22,524 nt of DNA from an uncultured Nitrososphaerota archaeon (GTDB taxonomy: Archaea; Asgardarchaeota; Njordarchaeia; Njordarchaeales; Panguiarchaeaceae). The position numbers and the translations under genes were made by a program. The notes under the pieces are model-generated. The model was not told the origin of the DNA. It worked only from the letters and a program-made list of their open reading frames with translations, and made no database searches. Each line of letters opens with the position of its first letter. Position 1 is the first letter of the stretch. The stretch lies in the NCBI GenBank assembly GCA_964636085.1, contig CAZWPQ010000008.1, forward strand, positions 51,146-73,669. The letters are read 5' to 3'. Positions 17,865 through 22,524 of the stretch are shown piece after piece.

Positions 17865-17909
17865 ATGTTCTCACCTAGCCCATCGGATATGCCCAACATA
17901 TATTAGTAT

Positions 17910-18464
17910 CTATGGTATAGATTTTTTAACAATATTTATGAGCTCAACAACTCTTTTTGCCAATTTTTTTACATCATTGAGCCCCTCAACATCATCTATG
18001 ACCTCTTTCTTACCAAAACCAAAAGTCACAACGCCTCTCATACCAAGTATCATTTCGTGTTTAAGCATAAACGAAATCAATGTGGTTATGGCTCCATGGT
18101 GCCCGTATCTCCTACCCACAACTACTACTCCCCCAATTTTATTCTTGAGTTTCCCCTTCAGAGACCATGTCCTATCGATAAATGCCTTAAGTTGCGAGGG
18201 TATGCTATCAAAAAATACTGGGGAGACTATTATTATACCTGAAGCATCCAAGAGTAAAGACACTATCTTGTCCATATCATCCCTTATTGAACAATTCTTT
18301 GTTTTTAAGCATAGCCTACAGGAAGTGCATGGAGATATATTATAATCATAAATCCTTATCATCCTGACCTCCTGGCCCAAGCTTTCTAGTACAAATTTCA
18401 GCAAGTTACATATGCAGTCTGTATTCCCGCCCTTTCTAGGACTACCCGATATTATCAATATCAC
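17910..18464 (-). CDS. Iron-sulfur flavoprotein (Isf)/NADPH-dependent FMN reductase family
   Basis: GSPRKGGNT, Cx2Cx2Cx5C (CTSCRLCLKTKNC), DDM, SPVFF, LKAFIDR. Start refined to GTG 18464 after AGGTGG. Confidence 0.92.
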   Translation of the reverse strand: MILIISGSPRKGGNTDCICNLLKFVLESLGQEVRMIRIYDYNISPCTSCRLCLKTKNCSIRDDMDKIVSLLLDASGIIIVSPVFFDSIPSQLKAFIDRTWSLKGKLKNKIGGVVVVGRRYGHHGAITTLISFMLKHEMILGMRGVVTFGFGKKEVIDDVEGLNDVKKLAKRVVELINIVKKSIP

Positions 18465-18621
18465 TGATGTACCACCTTCAATACAATGATTAATTTTCGT
18501 ATTCAAATTGTAATATCCCAATTTAATTTTAAATATTGATGATCATAAAAATCATAAGGAATATTATCATCTCGCTACCGATAGTCTATTTAATCATATA
18601 CATAAGCCACATATAGATGAA

Positions 18622-19986
18622 TTATAGGAAATAGCTTCTTGCCACTTGGAATATCCTATCTCCTACTTGATCCCATGACTTTATATGCTGAGGCTTAATG
18701 GGGTATCTATCGTAGTGCTTTTTGATAATCCTCGATAACTTCAAAAATAAATGCATATAGACCCCTATTCTTGCCAGATCTTTCGCCACAGATGGTCTAG
18801 CGAGGTAAGCGATGTTACTCCTATGAATCGAGACATATCTTTTTATACTGCCTAACTCCCTCATTTGCATCGAATTTAGAGACATCATCAGCAGTGCTAA
18901 TTGTCTATTATCCATTCTTTCGAGGAAAATCCTTGCTAGCTCAAATATTGCATGCTTAACGCCTTCAGTTCTATTGTATCTATAACTATAATCCCAGAGA
19001 TCTTGAATATATAGGGTGCCACTTGTGAATTCTAGAGCATTTATTATTGTTGACGCTGCAACTTCAGACCCTCTCATTGCTGAGCAAATACCACCCGCAT
19101 GTAATGGATTAACTTGTGCACCCGCATCACCAACAAGGAGAACACCATTCCATACAAGCATTGAGAAAGGTCTCCTTACGGGTATGAGACCATAGCCACT
19201 ATCAATAATTAGTCCCGTGGCAAGTAGCTTTTTGCATATTTTTTTCGCCAATAGTTCGCATAGATGTGGGAAGATCCTAGATTTAGCATTGATCAGTGTC
19301 GTTCCTAGGCCAATATTCAGCCTTTTTGTTTCTTGTGGAAATATCCATAGATAGCCACCACGAAGTATTTTCTGGTCAAAATAAATCGTGGCGATATGGG
19401 TAGGATATTCTTGCTCAGATTCAATTATGCTCCGATATGCTATGGCTATCTCGTTCTTTAGTAATTTCCATCGCACAATATTGTTTGTTATCTTGTTTCT
19501 AATTACTGCTGGATAACCACTTGCATCTATAACAATCCTAGCTCTTATATCTTTGGTGGTGGAACCAGTATTAACCCTAGCACCTACCACTACATTATTC
19601 CTCATTAATGGTTGTAGTACTTCTGTTTCACATAATACATTGGCCCCATGTTTCTCGGCCAAACTTATCATATTGGATACAGATTCTACCCTATTGATAA
19701 TATAGAGAGGTCTCCAGTACTCAGCGACAAGAATATCACCGATACGAATTCTACTTAGCAACACAGTATTTAATATGCTTAAACTAAGAGATGCGCCAGA
19801 ATTAAGGGATTCAAGGCAATGCCTAAACATTCCCTCCCCACATACTTTGAAGCCAAGTCTATGTCTTGGCGACTTGTCAATTATGCAGACATCTATGCCA
19901 TCTCGCGCAAGCAGGTATCCGAGATAGGAACCAGCAGGTCCTCCACCAACTATGAGGACATCATAATCGTATTTATATGACGTCAT
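18622..19986 (-). CDS. Geranylgeranyl reductase family FAD-dependent oxidoreductase (DGGGPL reductase-like)
   Basis: DVLIVGGGPAGS, KVCGEG, IDASG, GGYLWIFP, NIGLG, LVGDAGAQVNPLHAGGI. Confidence 0.9.
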   Translation of the reverse strand: MTSYKYDYDVLIVGGGPAGSYLGYLLARDGIDVCIIDKSPRHRLGFKVCGEGMFRHCLESLNSGASLSLSILNTVLLSRIRIGDILVAEYWRPLYIINRVESVSNMISLAEKHGANVLCETEVLQPLMRNNVVVGARVNTGSTTKDIRARIVIDASGYPAVIRNKITNNIVRWKLLKNEIAIAYRSIIESEQEYPTHIATIYFDQKILRGGYLWIFPQETKRLNIGLGTTLINAKSRIFPHLCELLAKKICKKLLATGLIIDSGYGLIPVRRPFSMLVWNGVLLVGDAGAQVNPLHAGGICSAMRGSEVAASTIINALEFTSGTLYIQDLWDYSYRYNRTEGVKHAIFELARIFLERMDNRQLALLMMSLNSMQMRELGSIKRYVSIHRSNIAYLARPSVAKDLARIGVYMHLFLKLSRIIKKHYDRYPIKPQHIKSWDQVGDRIFQVARSYFL

Positions 19987-20419
19987 ATCGTAATCGCTTC
20001 CAAGTCAATTTGTTCTTTCTAAAATCATCAAAATAAATATGACATTAAAATTGCGCATAACATTAAGAAATACACAGAGTCACTATATTTGGTAGACCAG
20101 AAGTATGATTGTTGCATTGAGTCTACATACAGACAAAAACGACCAAAATAGAAAACCTATAGATAAATACAAGTTATGTAGAGATCTGGGACCAGAAAAA
20201 ACTACAAGAGTTCAGCTAAAGTACAGGGATGTGTATACCCAAGAATAGCATAAAACTCAGCTATAAGCTCTGCTCAGTGGCCATAAATATACATATCTCA
20301 TGAATTTGTAGAAAAATTCTCGACTATAGCTATTCTAGACTTATATACTAGCAATTCTTTTTTTATAGAATAATATATTTTAGATATTAACTATATAAAA
20401 TGTTTACAGGTGACATGCC

Positions 20420-20782
20420 ATGGTCAGAAAGAATCGAAATATTGAGGTTTATCTACGTATAGAGAAGATATATTTGCCTGCCGATATTTCTTCGCTTCCA
20501 TCCTATGATAGGAGACATATACAATGCCTAAGGGTTGAAAGCAGAAAGATTGAGGATACACATATCCCTGAAGAGGATCAAAAAATTCTAAATTTCGTCA
20601 AGGAAATCGCTAAAGAGGCCAATTTTTCCGTGAAAATAGTCAATGTAAATAGCTTCATAGGTAAACTCAAAGCAAAGTTTAAAGGCATAAGGAAATTTCC
20701 AGCAGTAGTTATAGGACAGCACAAAATTGAAGGCAACATTACCAAAGACGAAATAAAATCCCTAATTGACAAGTTAGCGTAG
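20420..20782 (+). CDS. Small thioredoxin/glutaredoxin-fold-like protein lacking CxxC
   Basis: AGGTGA SD. C-terminal VKIVNV...GIRKFPAVVIGQHKIEG matches the cis-Pro strand pattern of Trx/Grx folds. Confidence 0.7.
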   Translation: MVRKNRNIEVYLRIEKIYLPADISSLPSYDRRHIQCLRVESRKIEDTHIPEEDQKILNFVKEIAKEANFSVKIVNVNSFIGKLKAKFKGIRKFPAVVIGQHKIEGNITKDEIKSLIDKLA

Positions 20783-20944
20783 TATATCTAGAAATTCAGT
20801 ATTGCTAAATACTTTTATCTGGCTTCCTCACATATCCCCAATTTAATAGTTGGTTTTTACGATCTCCAGTTGTTAATGCAAAGATTAATCTTTGCTAATA
20901 TGGTTTATGTTTTTAAACGCTATTGTTTATATGCAAGTAAATCC

Positions 20945-20952
20945 TTTATAAA
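20945..20952 (+). promoter_or_regulatory. Putative TATA box (TTTATAAA) for 20994..21470
   Basis: Consensus TATA about 41 nt upstream of the ATG, with purine-rich sequence upstream and an AGGTGAG SD downstream. Confidence 0.5.
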
Positions 20953-20993
20953 CATTTTTTGCTTAGTTACACTAGAAAAAAGGTGAGCAACGT

Positions 20994-21470
20994 ATGTCGT
21001 TCCTAGAAGAGGAAAAAATGAAGATAATACTCCCATTGATAATGTTGATCAGCTTCTTCATACCATGGGTATACGCGAACTACGATGGCGCTAGCATCAT
21101 GATCTTTGGATTTGGAAGGGGACGTGTATCGATCCTTGGTTTCTCAGTATGGGGATGGATGTGGGATGGAGGAAGCAGCATCTACTATCTAGGGCTAATA
21201 GCACTTATCTTAACAATAATATACTTCCTCTTTGAACTACGTGACTACATACCTGCACTACAGGTCCCCAATGCCGAAATGATCAGCTTGGGCACAGGTG
21301 GTCTAGCATTCCTATTTGGTCTCATATATGGAATAAAAGCCATAAGCGACATTGAGGGGGCAACACCAATACCAATAGGCTTCATTATATTCCTCATTGT
21401 GGCAATCCTATCCTTGCTTCCCAAGATTAAGACCCTAACTGGCGCTGGTGCTGCTACCACTACCGTTTAG
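20994..21470 (+). CDS. Four-TM membrane protein, paralogue of 13862..14410
   Basis: AGGTGAG SD. Motifs LISFFIPWVYA, MIFGFG, WGWMW, FGLIYG, PIPIGF. Confidence 0.85.
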   Translation: MSFLEEEKMKIILPLIMLISFFIPWVYANYDGASIMIFGFGRGRVSILGFSVWGWMWDGGSSIYYLGLIALILTIIYFLFELRDYIPALQVPNAEMISLGTGGLAFLFGLIYGIKAISDIEGATPIPIGFIIFLIVAILSLLPKIKTLTGAGAATTTV

Positions 21471-21471
21471 A

Positions 21472-21490
21472 CTCTCTTTTTTTATTTTTG
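21472..21490 (+). terminator. Archaeal oligo-T terminator
   Basis: ctctctttttttatttttg immediately follows the stop at 21470. Confidence 0.55.
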
Positions 21491-21749
21491 CTACCGATTC
21501 TTATCTAGTCTTGCATTCTTATGAGCAATAGATCTTTATGCAATTAAAGTTTTCTACTTTTGCCATCATCAAGGGTTCCACATATCAGACGCCAGAAGAT
21601 AACTAATTAATATCTAAGGCTTTTTTATTTCTGGATTTTTTGGGTTCTTTCTATCGCGAAATTAAGGGCTCTATGTAATTTGTCCCATTAGTCTGCTTTT
21701 TAATTCCTTGTTTTAATGGATAATATTTATACCATATTTGGGGTCTTGA

Positions 21750-22524
21750 ATGTATAAAATTTGGTCTGTGCATCAGGTATTGAAGCCCATCTTGGGGCCA
21801 TCGAGTTCTCATACGTCAGCTCCCTTTGTGGCTGGATATTTTACATATCGGCTTTCTTTTCTAGACGAGCTTTTTCCAGAGATAAATAAGGAGAACTTCA
21901 TGGAGTCATTGGGATACATGGCTGTAACACTTACATGTAGGGATCCAGTCACGGAGGAACGTACATTTGTAGGGCACAGAAGTATTAGGGCCCTATTTAT
22001 GGGACTAATGGGGGGATACTTTGACAGAGAGGGCCAGAAAAATCTAGAAAAGGCGCGAGAAATCCTAGATGGATTCGAGGAAAAATCTCTTAAAGATCTG
22101 ACAAGAGTATCATTAAGTCCTATGCGTCTCCCAAAGGGTGTTTCTTTTGGGATTAACTTGCACACAGTTAGGAGATATAAGAATGTAAGCTATATGTTAA
22201 ATTTTGACTCCCTAGGTGGGGGCGTTATTCGTGTTACAGAGACTCTCGCCACTCTCCCTTTTGGCGGTTGTATTGATTTTATGAGACGGCCAGACAGGGT
22301 TCCCGAAAGCGAGGAGCTAATTAGTGATATAAAGGATTTGTTCTCGAGGGATATTCCAATATGGGTTTATCTTGATTCTTCAAGTCTATCTCGTTTCCGT
22401 AATTTCCATTCTTTTGAGCCAAAAACTATAGAGCAGAGAGCCCATCTCTATACATTGCTGGATACTATGCGGGGAGATATGTTAGATGGGGCAAACTTGG
22501 AGACAGGGATGTTTGGGGAATACA
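21750..22524 (+). CDS. sdaA: Fe-S-dependent L-serine dehydratase-like protein (beta domain, probably fused to alpha), 3' end runs off the window
   Basis: Not in the ORF track; translated by hand as 258 open codons. Reads MYKIWSVHQVLKPILGPSSSHTSAP...TFVGHRSIRALFMGLMG...DSLGGGVI. GPSSSHT, TxxGH and SxGGG are hallmark motifs of the SDH beta domain. Confidence 0.8.
   Translation, partial: MYKIWSVHQVLKPILGPSSSHTSAPFVAGYFTYRLSFLDELFPEINKENFMESLGYMAVTLTCRDPVTEERTFVGHRSIRALFMGLMGGYFDREGQKNLEKAREILDGFEEKSLKDLTRVSLSPMRLPKGVSFGINLHTVRRYKNVSYMLNFDSLGGGVIRVTETLATLPFGGCIDFMRRPDRVPESEELISDIKDLFSRDIPIWVYLDSSSLSRFRNFHSFEPKTIEQRAHLYTLLDTMRGDMLDGANLETGMFGEY

Noticed and set aside
20105-20248. 47-codon plus-strand ORF (MIVALSLHTDK...)
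   Set aside because: No SD and no recognisable motif; cannot be distinguished from a random ORF.
276-22165. Numerous 60-135 aa ORFs antisense to or nested in the called genes (e.g. 276..479, 3180..3491, 11048..11434, 17938..18345, 21809..22165)
   Set aside because: They overlap well-supported genes on the opposite strand and show no protein motifs.
1-22524. CRISPR arrays, tRNA/rRNA genes, IS elements or integrases
   Set aside because: No regularly spaced repeats, GC-rich structured RNA segments, terminal inverted repeats or transposase/integrase motifs were seen by eye.

Overview
Gene-dense, AT-rich archaeal DNA, with GGTGA/GGGGAG-type Shine-Dalgarno motifs, T-run terminators, a geranylgeranyl reductase, an archaeal ATPase and an iron-sulfur flavoprotein. 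Asgard affinity is inferred from the Rab-like domains, a 7TM protein and a CxxC...H..H zinc-ribbon protein; it is not proven. From left to right: a partial GT4 glycosyltransferase, a Zn-ribbon/wHTH protein coupled to a 7TM protein, a DUF4140/DUF4139 protein, a membrane-anchored metallophosphoesterase, an operon of a PrpB/dimethylmalate-lyase-like enzyme with LeuD and LeuC, an MJ0936-type phosphoesterase and a surface protein. Next comes the main candidate system, a three-gene operon: an unannotated 44-aa acidic peptide followed by two paralogous proteins. Each paralogue fuses proteasome/cyclosome (PC, Rpn1/Rpn2/APC1-like) helical repeats to a degenerate Rab-like pseudo-GTPase domain. The rest of the window holds two paralogous 4-TM proteins, an ATPase-wHTH-PD-(D/E)xK protein, an ABC-2 exporter whose ATPase appears to start at CTG, the Fe-S flavoprotein, the reductase, a thioredoxin-like protein lacking CxxC and a partial, divergent Fe-S L-serine dehydratase. 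No RNA genes, CRISPR arrays or mobile elements were seen. All calls come from reading motifs by eye; no database searches were run.
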